Shown here in pieces: positions 1 to 9,151 of a stretch of 64,000 nt of DNA. The stretch's first letter is position 1. Each line of letters begins with the position of its first letter. Location: sequence record LR756502.1. One strand, written 5' to 3'. The notes beneath the pieces are model-generated. The model ran no database searches and was not told where the DNA came from. It was given only the letters and a program-made list of their open reading frames with translations. Made by a program: the position numbers and the translations under genes.

Positions 1-402
1 GTGAAGATGGAAATGGTTTATTATTAAATACAAATATACTAAAAATTTATTAGCTATAATAATAAAGGTTAAAAAATTTGACAATATAGTTATTTTTATA
101 CCAGTTTTAATTTTATTTAATACAAGTGATATAATTAAAACAAATAAAAAAACATACCAGCTTTGTGTTAAAATACCAAGCATCATCCACATAAAATCTA
201 TTGCCATTATACCAGATGCTCCTATAAATGTTGTGTATTCACTATCTGTCCTGAAATCAGACTTAATAGGCTTTATTTTAGTTACCTCTTCAAATTTAAT
301 ATACCACTCTTTCACTCTATTGTATTCTTTTAACTTTATTAGTAGTGCAAGTGTCATAAATAAAGGAATAAGACCGAGTGTGTAGTATATATCTCCTAAC
401 AT
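1..402 (-). CDS. membrane protein, partial (runs off the window start)
   Basis: Hand-translated from ATG at 402: MLGDIYYTLGLIPLFMTLALLIKLKEY...; several hydrophobic segments; no stop before position 1; absent from the ORF track. Confidence 0.7.
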   Translation of the reverse strand, partial: MLGDIYYTLGLIPLFMTLALLIKLKEYNRVKEWYIKFEEVTKIKPIKSDFRTDSEYTTFIGASGIMAIDFMWMMLGILTQSWYVFLFVLIISLVLNKIKTGIKITILSNFLTFIIIANKFLVYLYLIINHFHLH

Positions 403-517
403 AGATTTAGATGTTTTTCAATTATATACAAAAGTTTTCTTTTTGTTTGAGAATATTAGAGAAACAGAAAGTAAAAATAATTATATATAGTTATATAAAA
501 TAATAATAGGATAGTAA

Positions 518-3244
518 ATGGCATCGACACCCTTGTATAAATCACTAAAATCAAATGGTACCTCATTCTATGCATTTCCTGGAGCAGCTGAGGATATATC
601 AGCAGCTTATCAGAATGAAAATTATAAGATGTACTTTTCAAAGTATACATTACTGAATCTACCAAAGCAACAGTTGGTAAATCTTGGTGGTACACAAGCT
701 ACTCCTACTTATTGGGATTTTGATGCTTTTCAAAAGTCAACAAATGCTACTCCACCTGCATCATATCAGGAACAGATTATTGAGTCACTTAGAAACTATG
801 TTGCTAACCAAGAGGTTGTTATAAGAGAATCTAGGTTAAATAACACACAGTATTATTATGATACTAAGGCCTTGGAAACTGTTAGTGAGAAATTATTTTT
901 CAAATGGTGTAAAGAACTTAATATAATCGACTTTGAACCGGCTCTTCCGGATGATGAGTATTTTTCTAATCTTGCTGAATTTCAAAGTAAGAATATAAAT
1001 GATGATACCTATTTTCCAGAATATCTTTGGAGAGAAAGAGAGGTTATTCAATGGGACACACAGTATTTCTATGAAACAGCATATCCTTTATTCCCTGGTA
1101 AACTAGAGGTTCAGTTTAATGGAACAACTAACTTTAGAGTTGGTGATATAGTTAGACTATTTGATGTTAGTAACTCAACAATAAGTTCAGATCCATACCT
1201 TGGTGGTATTGGTACATCAGATGGTATTAGCTCAACAATTCTTTCTATAATACCAGCAGTTGGTGCTACACAGGGACAAAAAGCTATATTTGATTTATCG
1301 TCTAGTTTATCAGTTGAGTATGAGACTACTGGTAAGGCAGAATTGGTATATCATAGACTTGTTCAGTATATTGGTGATGTTAATGGTATTAGTAATGTAC
1401 AAGAGGCTAATAGATCATATACTGAGGTATATGCTCATATCCCTGATCATACTGGTAGAACTCCTGATATGTTATTTAGAACATTAGTTGATGTAAACTA
1501 TAAGCCAAATATGGCATTTCCTATAATACCAAGTCAGTACCAGCCAGAAATAATGGGTGCTGAATTATTTAATTCTCCTATTGTTAGTACTCCTCAAAAT
1601 TATCCAGGAAGTTATTTTGGACAATTTGATACGTTAGATTTTACTTATGAAACATCAACCGGTGACTCTGTAAGAAGAAGTGGTGATTACTACGGTGTTA
1701 GTGGTGATATAAATACTACTATTGTTGATGGGTCTACTATCGATGGTATATCAATGGATTTTAATACAGATCACTATGTTAAGATGAATATTCAGGATAG
1801 AGTTTTAACAAATTTTGATCAGTTTAATGCACTTGAAGTAAATAATCTACCACCTGAGGATTTTGAATTTAATGCCATACTTTGGTATTATACAGTTAAA
1901 GATGATGTTAATAATATTGTTAAGACTAACTTATATGGTATAACATTTCTTGATAACCCAGATAATAACCCAAAGGATGAAGAGATTGGAATAAGATTTC
2001 CCGTATATAAGAAACTTGTCACAAATGGTGTACAAGATGGTACATCCTATGCTTTTAGTCTTAATTTAAATTTTAATATAATTAATGAGAATCCTCAAGA
2101 CTCATACAATCCAGAGGCTATTAACTCAATATTTAGTATGAATCTATTTAATGAGGCAATGAGAAGATTAGCATCTACAAATGATAGTTTCATGAATATT
2201 CTAGCTGAAAATATAGTATTGAAGAATGAGATACTTAATATTAAGCAATTAATATACACACAAACCGATTTAAATACTATAAATGCAAAAATAAATAGTT
2301 TAGAAAATCTATTAAAGCTATATAGTACTAATCAGATGGTTTCAAGTGATAGTATTACAGTTAATACAAATAATCAGACATCTCCACCACAGATATATCT
2401 AGAGAATATTGATCCTACTTATATTAAGATAGAACAAGTTGATACTACTGATATGTATAATGCTCAGGGTGTTATCCCAATTAATGTTAGTGTTCCTGAG
2501 AATAAAAACTTCTTAGTTTATATAACTAATAATGATGAGGTTGAATTGGTATTAGCTAATGATGATAAATTAATACTTGTGTTGGATAAGGATTTATATT
2601 GGAAACAAAGTGTTGATATACTTATTACTCCTGGTGATCTTTCATCTCAGAACAAGAAGTTGGATATCTATATGGTTTCTGATCCAGGATCTACTTCAAG
2701 TACGTTAACTACTACTATAAATGCTGGTGTTGAGACTTTATTGATTGGTGGTATTGATTTGCCAGTCTTCTATAATTCGGTAACGCAATTACCAAATTCG
2801 GCTAAATCTTGGAAAGATTTTAAGTTTGAAATTGACTTTGACCAACCAATAACACTTATAACTGGTGGTATACTACAAGTTCCATTAGTTGGTAATACAT
2901 CAATGATATACAACTCTGTTAAGAGTGGTGATGCTTTGGTTCTTAATAATTTATTTGTTGGAACTTCTTCTACATTTGATTTTTCTGGACAGTATCAGGT
3001 TGATTCATTGGGTGGTGTTGGTAGCTCTTATGTTATGTTGGATGTGAATAGTAATAGTGATCTCATTGCTTATGGCTCTTCCGCATCACTACCATTGGTA
3101 ATTCATGGTACTGCTTCTACATTGTTGTCTAATCTTCCTTACTTCTCACTTAATAAAGGAAAGAAGATAAGAATTACAAGAGTTGACCAAACAACATCTC
3201 CTTTAAATGAAAGATATCATATCGATATCGAGGATGTTAAATAA
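518..3244 (+). CDS. large putative virion structural protein (baseplate/tail-associated)
   Basis: 908 aa, rich in T/S/N/D and beta-type sequence; TATATA-type element upstream (479-490); no enzyme motif. Confidence 0.6.
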   Translation: MASTPLYKSLKSNGTSFYAFPGAAEDISAAYQNENYKMYFSKYTLLNLPKQQLVNLGGTQATPTYWDFDAFQKSTNATPPASYQEQIIESLRNYVANQEVVIRESRLNNTQYYYDTKALETVSEKLFFKWCKELNIIDFEPALPDDEYFSNLAEFQSKNINDDTYFPEYLWREREVIQWDTQYFYETAYPLFPGKLEVQFNGTTNFRVGDIVRLFDVSNSTISSDPYLGGIGTSDGISSTILSIIPAVGATQGQKAIFDLSSSLSVEYETTGKAELVYHRLVQYIGDVNGISNVQEANRSYTEVYAHIPDHTGRTPDMLFRTLVDVNYKPNMAFPIIPSQYQPEIMGAELFNSPIVSTPQNYPGSYFGQFDTLDFTYETSTGDSVRRSGDYYGVSGDINTTIVDGSTIDGISMDFNTDHYVKMNIQDRVLTNFDQFNALEVNNLPPEDFEFNAILWYYTVKDDVNNIVKTNLYGITFLDNPDNNPKDEEIGIRFPVYKKLVTNGVQDGTSYAFSLNLNFNIINENPQDSYNPEAINSIFSMNLFNEAMRRLASTNDSFMNILAENIVLKNEILNIKQLIYTQTDLNTINAKINSLENLLKLYSTNQMVSSDSITVNTNNQTSPPQIYLENIDPTYIKIEQVDTTDMYNAQGVIPINVSVPENKNFLVYITNNDEVELVLANDDKLILVLDKDLYWKQSVDILITPGDLSSQNKKLDIYMVSDPGSTSSTLTTTINAGVETLLIGGIDLPVFYNSVTQLPNSAKSWKDFKFEIDFDQPITLITGGILQVPLVGNTSMIYNSVKSGDALVLNNLFVGTSSTFDFSGQYQVDSLGGVGSSYVMLDVNSNSDLIAYGSSASLPLVIHGTASTLLSNLPYFSLNKGKKIRITRVDQTTSPLNERYHIDIEDVK

Positions 3245-3261
3245 TTACATACTTTAGATTT

Positions 3262-3270
3262 TAATATATA
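3262..3270 (+). promoter_or_regulatory. TAATATATA element (putative phage late promoter)
   Basis: Exact motif recurs upstream of many late-type genes; analogous to T4 TATAAATA. Confidence 0.6.
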
Positions 3271-3291
3271 CATAAAATAAAAGGGATAATT

Positions 3292-4428
3292 ATGTCATGT
3301 GAAGGTTCTTTATTTGGCCCTAGTGCTCAGTATATAAAGTTATACGGAGGGGATTTTATATCAGTTGAGGGATCTAATACAAGAGATAGATTAATAACTT
3401 CTGATCTTAGAATGCCATATAAGCAAATACTTAAGAGTAGAGTTATTTTAAAAGCTGGTCAAGTAAATTATTTATTGAACCATTTGGGTCTTGGTGATAA
3501 TGCTACATTCTTAGCTATGAAAGCTTTATACGATCCAAAATCTGTTATTGAAGAGGATAACTATGTAAATTGGAGCTTCTATACAGACCCTAATAAGATA
3601 TACACAATGGCTCAATTACTTGTTTTAACAGGTAATTCTACTAATAGAATTCAACAACTATATTTATCAAACCCTAATGCAAACTACCCAGTTTATATTG
3701 ATGTTATGATTGCTGTTATTGATGATGACTATTCATTTTTTCAAGACGCTACAAATCAAGCAGGTTTATCATTTACAGGACTTAGATATACTGATATATT
3801 AACATATGTTGTTAATGAGTCCATTGTTATTATGAGTAATAACACAATACCATCACCAATTGCTTATTTAGTTATAGATAATATTAACTCATTTGAGAGG
3901 GTTGGTAAGATAATAATAATAGATGACTCTGGAGTTGGTACTATATTTTTAGAGTTTAATACTGAGAATGATGCTTTACAGGCTCTATCACTTATTAACT
4001 GGGTTACTAGTGGAGTTGGTAGGATAATTCAAGACTTGGATCCTGTTGCTGATCTAGTTCCCCCAGTTGTTTATTTTACTCCAATTGTGGGTCTAACTGG
4101 ATCTACATTCTCTTTACCATTTGATACATCACAGGGAGTTACCTTTTCTGCGAGTTTTGCACTTACTGCATATGGTGGAACAAGTAGTGAGATTATAGTT
4201 CACGGTACAGAGAGCTCAACTTTGGTTTCTATATTGATAGATAATGTTACTGATAATAGAGATGGTCTTATCTTACTATCAACTAGTAATGTTACTGTAA
4301 AAGATTATACAAGTGCGACTGTATCATTAGTAAATGCTACGGGTACATACTCAATGAAGTTTAGTATTAGTGATATCGCTGGTAACTATATTAGTCCATT
4401 AGAAAATGTAGTTATAATTGTAACATAA
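3292..4428 (+). CDS. putative virion structural protein
   Basis: 378 aa, beta-rich, Ig-like C-terminus (YSMKFSISDIAGN); follows the TAATATATA element. Confidence 0.55.
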   Translation: MSCEGSLFGPSAQYIKLYGGDFISVEGSNTRDRLITSDLRMPYKQILKSRVILKAGQVNYLLNHLGLGDNATFLAMKALYDPKSVIEEDNYVNWSFYTDPNKIYTMAQLLVLTGNSTNRIQQLYLSNPNANYPVYIDVMIAVIDDDYSFFQDATNQAGLSFTGLRYTDILTYVVNESIVIMSNNTIPSPIAYLVIDNINSFERVGKIIIIDDSGVGTIFLEFNTENDALQALSLINWVTSGVGRIIQDLDPVADLVPPVVYFTPIVGLTGSTFSLPFDTSQGVTFSASFALTAYGGTSSEIIVHGTESSTLVSILIDNVTDNRDGLILLSTSNVTVKDYTSATVSLVNATGTYSMKFSISDIAGNYISPLENVVIIVT

Positions 4429-4429
4429 T

Positions 4430-5389
4430 ATGAAGATAAAGAATTACATACAATTTATAAAAGAATCCTCTGTTAATGACTATCATTCATTAGGTGAATG
4501 GGTAGTTTCTCTTATTGATGATGAATATGTAAGAGATATTGTTGCTAGATATACAAAAGATATTGAACATGATGTTGATTTATCAAATGCTATAAACGTT
4601 TTGGATGAAAGAACTAAACTTGATATAACTCAGCAAATAGAGAACTACATAAAAAATGGCATTGAAGATAAAGAACCAGATATTATAGTATCTTCTGTTA
4701 CCGAAGAACTGTTATCCGAAATAGCAACTGCTGGCAAAGGTATATTCTCTTCATTTATGAAGACACTTACTGCACTTGGTCTTAAAGAATCATCTCCAAA
4801 TTGGGAAAAGTGTCCAGAGGATTATTTAGTATTTTACTATTACTCGGATGTAGATGCTCAGGCTGTTAAGCAGGTCTTTGAGAGATTCAAATCACTTTTA
4901 AGATATTCTGGTATGATAGATAATGGTAAGAATGAGGTTAATCTATATTATGGTATTAAGTGTGATGGTACATTTGAATATGGGTTATCTTATGATGAAT
5001 TAAATAAAATTGGGCAATTTAGATTATCTCAATCAATAGTTAAGTGGATTGTTTCTATGGATCTATCTGCAGCATCATCATTAAAGAAGGAGTTGGTGAA
5101 TTTAACATATACTGACATAGTTACACTTGGTAAGATAAAGATTGATATGAGTACATTCAATCCAGGGTATAGTGAAAAGAGGTCTTTTCCGATAATTAAA
5201 GATAAGGTTATATCATTTGGTTATTATGGTATTGGTAAGTGGGATAATGGTAAATTAGATGAGGGAGAGTTTATGAATATTAAGAGTAAGTTCACAACTT
5301 GGTTATTATCAAAGAAATGGGGTAGTAAGGTGTTAATTAGTGTTAAGCCAAGTTCTTTTTGGTTATACATTCATATAAAATTAAAATAG
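4430..5389 (+). CDS. putative internal head protein
   Basis: N-terminus MKIKNYIQFIKE resembles the T4 capsid-targeting sequence MKTYQEFIAE. Confidence 0.55.
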   Translation: MKIKNYIQFIKESSVNDYHSLGEWVVSLIDDEYVRDIVARYTKDIEHDVDLSNAINVLDERTKLDITQQIENYIKNGIEDKEPDIIVSSVTEELLSEIATAGKGIFSSFMKTLTALGLKESSPNWEKCPEDYLVFYYYSDVDAQAVKQVFERFKSLLRYSGMIDNGKNEVNLYYGIKCDGTFEYGLSYDELNKIGQFRLSQSIVKWIVSMDLSAASSLKKELVNLTYTDIVTLGKIKIDMSTFNPGYSEKRSFPIIKDKVISFGYYGIGKWDNGKLDEGEFMNIKSKFTTWLLSKKWGSKVLISVKPSSFWLYIHIKLK

Positions 5390-5392
5390 TCT

Positions 5393-5725
5393 ATGAAATA
5401 TTTAAGAAGATATAATGAAGATGTGTCTGAGTTAGAATTTGACTTAGATTTTTCTATAGCGAAGATAAGAGAACATTTCCCGGAAGATACAGTAATTGAT
5501 ATGTTTGATAATGAAGTCTTGGAGTGGGTTGATTCTGATTGGGCTGACGAATCTGAATCTGAATATGATTGGTATATGGATCATAATAATGGTGAGGCTC
5601 AAGATGTTGTAATTGATACACTTTTAAACTGGTTTACATCCGAATTTAAAAAGAAACTTAATATGGATCAACATTGTGAACTATACGATGCTATTAAGGA
5701 AGAATATGACTTTTTACGTTTCTAA
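5393..5725 (+). CDS. acidic putative internal head protein
   Basis: N-terminus MKYLRRYNE; very acidic body. Confidence 0.5.
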   Translation: MKYLRRYNEDVSELEFDLDFSIAKIREHFPEDTVIDMFDNEVLEWVDSDWADESESEYDWYMDHNNGEAQDVVIDTLLNWFTSEFKKKLNMDQHCELYDAIKEEYDFLRF

Positions 5726-5772
5726 TCTAAAACAATTTCTTTATAATTTCTATAATTAAAAAGAAATTTCTA

Positions 5773-6270
5773 ATGACACAAAGTAAAAATCTCAAAGAAG
5801 AAGCTTTTGAAAAATGGAAGCCTATTATACAATCACTTGGTGTGACTGGTAGTAGAGCAGATTGGCTCTCAAAATATACAAATAGTCATCAATCCGGAAT
5901 ATTAGACTCAGAAAATGTAAATAGTTTATATACAGAAGAATCATTCCCATCACTTTTGCCAATCGCTAAACAAGTTGCTTCTAAAACCATTGGATTGGAT
6001 TTAGTTTCAGTATCACCAATCGGTGGTGGTAATTCAGGAGATGAGATTAGGAAAATAGATGCTGAATTAAAATCAGATAATCGTGATGGTAAAATTGACT
6101 CGATAATTGAGGGAACGGAATATGTTGAGAAAACAAGAGAAGATCATCCAGATTATATAAAACCAAAAGGACCAAGTGGTGCGCTATTTTATCTTGACTA
6201 CCAATATGGTAGTACATCTTCCCCTATTACTACTAGCATTGATGAAGATAAATTAAAAAGAATAATATGA
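5773..6270 (+). CDS. truncated gp23-like major capsid N-terminal fragment with an inserted RxxKI segment
   Basis: EKWKPII and PSLLPIAKQVASKTIGLDLVSVSPI...GPSGALFYLDYQYG align by eye to T4 gp23 NKWKPLL and VRRAIPNLIAFDICGVQPMNSPTGQVFALRAVYG; only 165 aa. Confidence 0.7.
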   Translation: MTQSKNLKEEAFEKWKPIIQSLGVTGSRADWLSKYTNSHQSGILDSENVNSLYTEESFPSLLPIAKQVASKTIGLDLVSVSPIGGGNSGDEIRKIDAELKSDNRDGKIDSIIEGTEYVEKTREDHPDYIKPKGPSGALFYLDYQYGSTSSPITTSIDEDKLKRII

Positions 6271-6464
6271 GATTTGTAAGTCCAGGTGTTTATACCAAAG
6301 AAGTAGATATTTCTGGGTATAGTATTTCAAAGAACCAAATTAGGAGAGGTAAAATATGTCGACTATTGGGTATAAAAAACACCAACCCAATTGTTGGTAT
6401 GTCTTATGGATGTACAAGTGGATTTATCTTATCCAATACTTACGAAGAATTTAAAAATACCTAA
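6267..6464 (+). CDS. mini-protein with a tail-sheath (gp18-like) N-terminal motif plus RxxKI motif
   Basis: MRFVSPGVYTKEVDIS matches the SPGVYxxExD start of contractile tail sheath proteins; followed by RRGKICRLL; 65 aa. Confidence 0.65.
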   Translation: MRFVSPGVYTKEVDISGYSISKNQIRRGKICRLLGIKNTNPIVGMSYGCTSGFILSNTYEEFKNT

Positions 6465-6478
6465 GGAACATAATGAAG

Positions 6479-6487
6479 TAATATATA
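6479..6487 (+). promoter_or_regulatory. TAATATATA element
   Basis: Exact motif 5 nt before the ATG at 6493. Confidence 0.55.
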
Positions 6488-6492
6488 ACTTC

Positions 6493-6846
6493 ATGATATT
6501 TAATGTTTATTTGGTGTGTGCTGAAATTGGTGACGAGAAATTGTATAAAATAGGATATACTAGAAGGGAGATAGAGGTTAGAATTAAGGAATTCAAAACC
6601 GGAAATGCTTCTGATTTCTTTATAGTTGATTCCTTTCAATCAAAATGGGGAACTAAAATAGAAGCAAGACTACATAAGGCTTTTAATCATAAAAGAATAA
6701 ATGGTGAATGGTTTTGTTTGAATGATGGTGATATATTTGAATTTAAGAGACTTTGTGAAATGATTCATAATAATTTTGAAATGATGTTGGAAGATAATAC
6801 TTATATAATGGATAGAGTGGAAAAAGGAAAACAAAGAATATTTTAA
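6493..6846 (+). CDS. GIY-YIG family (T5orf172/MUG113-like) nuclease
   Basis: YKIGYT..IEVR, EARLH..F..KRINGEWF motifs; start moved from 6391 to the ATG after the TAATATATA element. Confidence 0.8.
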   Translation: MIFNVYLVCAEIGDEKLYKIGYTRREIEVRIKEFKTGNASDFFIVDSFQSKWGTKIEARLHKAFNHKRINGEWFCLNDGDIFEFKRLCEMIHNNFEMMLEDNTYIMDRVEKGKQRIF

Positions 6847-6848
6847 TT

Positions 6849-7310
6849 ATGAGTGACTTGGAAATAAAAAACTTTATTTATAAAATAAAGGACTACAATA
6901 TACGCAATCATTGTTTTGATATATATATTTCTTATCAATGGAAATATGGAAGACCAGAAACTTATAAAGAGATATATAAAAGAGTAAATAGAATATCAAA
7001 AATAAAAAACATAATGTCAAAAGAAATAATACATGATGGGTCTCAACCATTAGATTGGAGTAAAATTGGACCTCAAGATAGGATAAAATTTATAATTCCA
7101 GTTGGTGGACTGTCTAAAAATAAATGGTGGCAGTTTTGGAAAAAGGATGATCTTAAGAAATCAGAAGATCAAATCTGTAAATTAATTTATGAGTATAAAG
7201 AAGAAGTTGATTGGGATAATAATACTGGTGAACTAACAATCAATAGAAAATTACCATATAATAAAGAATATTGGTTTCCTGATAATAATAGTCATAAACT
7301 ATACGAATAA
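6849..7310 (+). CDS. protein carrying a gp20-like portal fragment plus RxxKI motif
   Basis: GPQDRIKFIIPVGGLSK..K...YKEEVDWDNNTGE...KEYWFP aligns by eye to the T4-like portal segment APERRIFYIDVGNLPK.K...YRNKLVYDA.TGE...EDFWLP; 153 aa. Confidence 0.65.
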   Translation: MSDLEIKNFIYKIKDYNIRNHCFDIYISYQWKYGRPETYKEIYKRVNRISKIKNIMSKEIIHDGSQPLDWSKIGPQDRIKFIIPVGGLSKNKWWQFWKKDDLKKSEDQICKLIYEYKEEVDWDNNTGELTINRKLPYNKEYWFPDNNSHKLYE

Positions 7311-7326
7311 AAATAAATATAACAAT

Positions 7327-7596
7327 ATGAGCTCAATGAAAGAAATGGCTATTAAAGATTATATAGCTAATGTAGATTTTAGAGGTGATTGGTCAATATC
7401 TAAAATTAAAGAAGAGATGAGAAAATTCTTAGGAGAAGAACCAGGAATTGACATAATCTATAAAAAGGATGTTATGGTAAATGAGGTTTCTGGTGAGGCT
7501 AAAGAGTTTGTTGGTGTTAGTAAAGTACAAATTATTTTTACTGATACTGATGATAAGTTTAGAAAGATAGAGTTTCTTGTAGGAGATAAAATTTAA
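7327..7596 (+). CDS. hypothetical protein
   Basis: 89 aa ORF in tight operon spacing. Confidence 0.6.
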   Translation: MSSMKEMAIKDYIANVDFRGDWSISKIKEEMRKFLGEEPGIDIIYKKDVMVNEVSGEAKEFVGVSKVQIIFTDTDDKFRKIEFLVGDKI

Positions 7597-7616
7597 TTGC
7601 TAAAAATATAACACAA

Positions 7617-7979
7617 ATGGAAGTTAAATCATCAGTATTAGATTACTTGGGTAAATTTGAAGGTGGTATTATGGTACTTATTGCATTAACTTGTGATGAT
7701 GAGTATTATGAAGGTGTTTTCTTTTATACTTCTGAGAGTATTGTGTTTAGTGCTGATGAGAGACTTGAACAAAAACTTGGTTGTAAAATTGAGGATTGGA
7801 TTGGATATTCTGACCTATTAAAGGGTATTCTGAAAAATATTGTCCCATATAGTCAAATGATTAATAAGATAGATGATGTTGATTTCTCTGAGTATTTGGA
7901 AAATAAACAATCTACATCTGAAGAGGCTGAGGATATCGATTCATCTCAAATCACACAAGCTACACAGTCGTCTATTTAA
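7617..7979 (+). CDS. hypothetical protein
   Basis: 120 aa acidic ORF. Confidence 0.6.
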   Translation: MEVKSSVLDYLGKFEGGIMVLIALTCDDEYYEGVFFYTSESIVFSADERLEQKLGCKIEDWIGYSDLLKGILKNIVPYSQMINKIDDVDFSEYLENKQSTSEEAEDIDSSQITQATQSSI

Positions 7980-8373
7980 GTAGATCACTATCAGTCATCT
8001 TACCTTGTTTATCAAAAAATAAGTAGACTTTATCACTAAATCCTGATTTTCTTCTTATTCCCATTCCGTATGATTTTAGAGTTTCTTCAAAATCTAATAT
8101 TTCTTTCTTATCTTTTAATTCATTTTCATAATAGCTTTCTTCATCCAATATATCATCAATATCTTCTATCATCATAATAATACATTTAGATGCTGGATGT
8201 GATGATAAACTACTACCATAGTGGTCATTATCTTTCCAAGAACCATTCCAGATATCAATCTTTAATCCCATATCGGATAGATCTATAGATAAATCTTTTA
8301 ATAATTCAATTTTGGATTGAATCTTACTACCATAAACTTTAGCTTCGTTGAATTCTGACCACTTTTTAATCAT
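7972..8373 (-). CDS. putative internal head protein
   Basis: N-terminus MIKKWSEFNE. Confidence 0.55.
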   Translation of the reverse strand: MIKKWSEFNEAKVYGSKIQSKIELLKDLSIDLSDMGLKIDIWNGSWKDNDHYGSSLSSHPASKCIIMMIEDIDDILDEESYYENELKDKKEILDFEETLKSYGMGIRRKSGFSDKVYLFFDKQGKMTDSDLLK

Positions 8374-9133
8374 AACATAACTTATCCTTTTTGATGTATC
8401 TGTTTGTATGTGAACATAGAGGTTGTAAATTGCTGTGGTGATTGAGATTTATAACATCATCTTCTATAATAGCGGATGATATTGGTATGATGTGATCAAT
8501 GTCCCATCCATAGTTTAGTTCTCCATTATGCTTTCCGTAGTTTTCCCAAGTCATCCAAGGTTCAAATTTTGACTCTAAATATATTCTAAATTCGTTATAT
8601 GAACATCCAAGTATTGTTTGTGTTTTGGTTTTCTTTTTTAGACCTTTTGATTTTATACAATACCTTATATATGTTCTGATATTTTGTGATATTCTATATA
8701 CGGGGTCATTTATCCTTCTCTCCCTCTGCTTTTCGTTTATAACCTCATTATTGTCTTTATTTCTTCTTTTTCTTATGATATTTAGGTTTTCTCTGTTTTC
8801 TATAGCGTATTTTTTATTCCTCATATCCAATTCCTCCTTATTCTCAAGATAATAGTTATGCATGTATCTATATAATTTATCTTTATTATCGATAGCGTAT
8901 CTTCTTTTATATTCCGATACCTTATCTATATTTTCATTATAGTACTCTTTAGATTTATTTAGTAACTCTTCTTTATTTTCTGTATAGTATTTCCTACTAT
9001 ATTCTTTGGATTTATCTTTGTGTGATTTTCTATACTCCTTCTGATATTCGGATATACATGAGTTACATCTATTTGAATTTTCTTTAAATTCAGTGTTCTC
9101 TTTTTTATTTTTACAATTTAAACATTCCTTCAT
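8366..9133 (-). CDS. HNH endonuclease (free-standing, homing-type) with YYxxNKE helical repeats
   Basis: N-terminal CxxC...CxxC; repeats YYTENKE/YYNENID/YYLENKE; WDIDHIIP...NLQPLC..TN HNH core. Confidence 0.8.
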   Translation of the reverse strand: MKECLNCKNKKENTEFKENSNRCNSCISEYQKEYRKSHKDKSKEYSRKYYTENKEELLNKSKEYYNENIDKVSEYKRRYAIDNKDKLYRYMHNYYLENKEELDMRNKKYAIENRENLNIIRKRRNKDNNEVINEKQRERRINDPVYRISQNIRTYIRYCIKSKGLKKKTKTQTILGCSYNEFRIYLESKFEPWMTWENYGKHNGELNYGWDIDHIIPISSAIIEDDVINLNHHSNLQPLCSHTNRYIKKDKLCYD

Positions 9134-9139
9134 AATAAT

Positions 9140-9148
9140 TATATATTA
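9140..9148 (-). promoter_or_regulatory. TAATATATA element
   Basis: Exact motif on the - strand, 6 nt before the start at 9133. Confidence 0.55.
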
Positions 9149-9151
9149 ATT

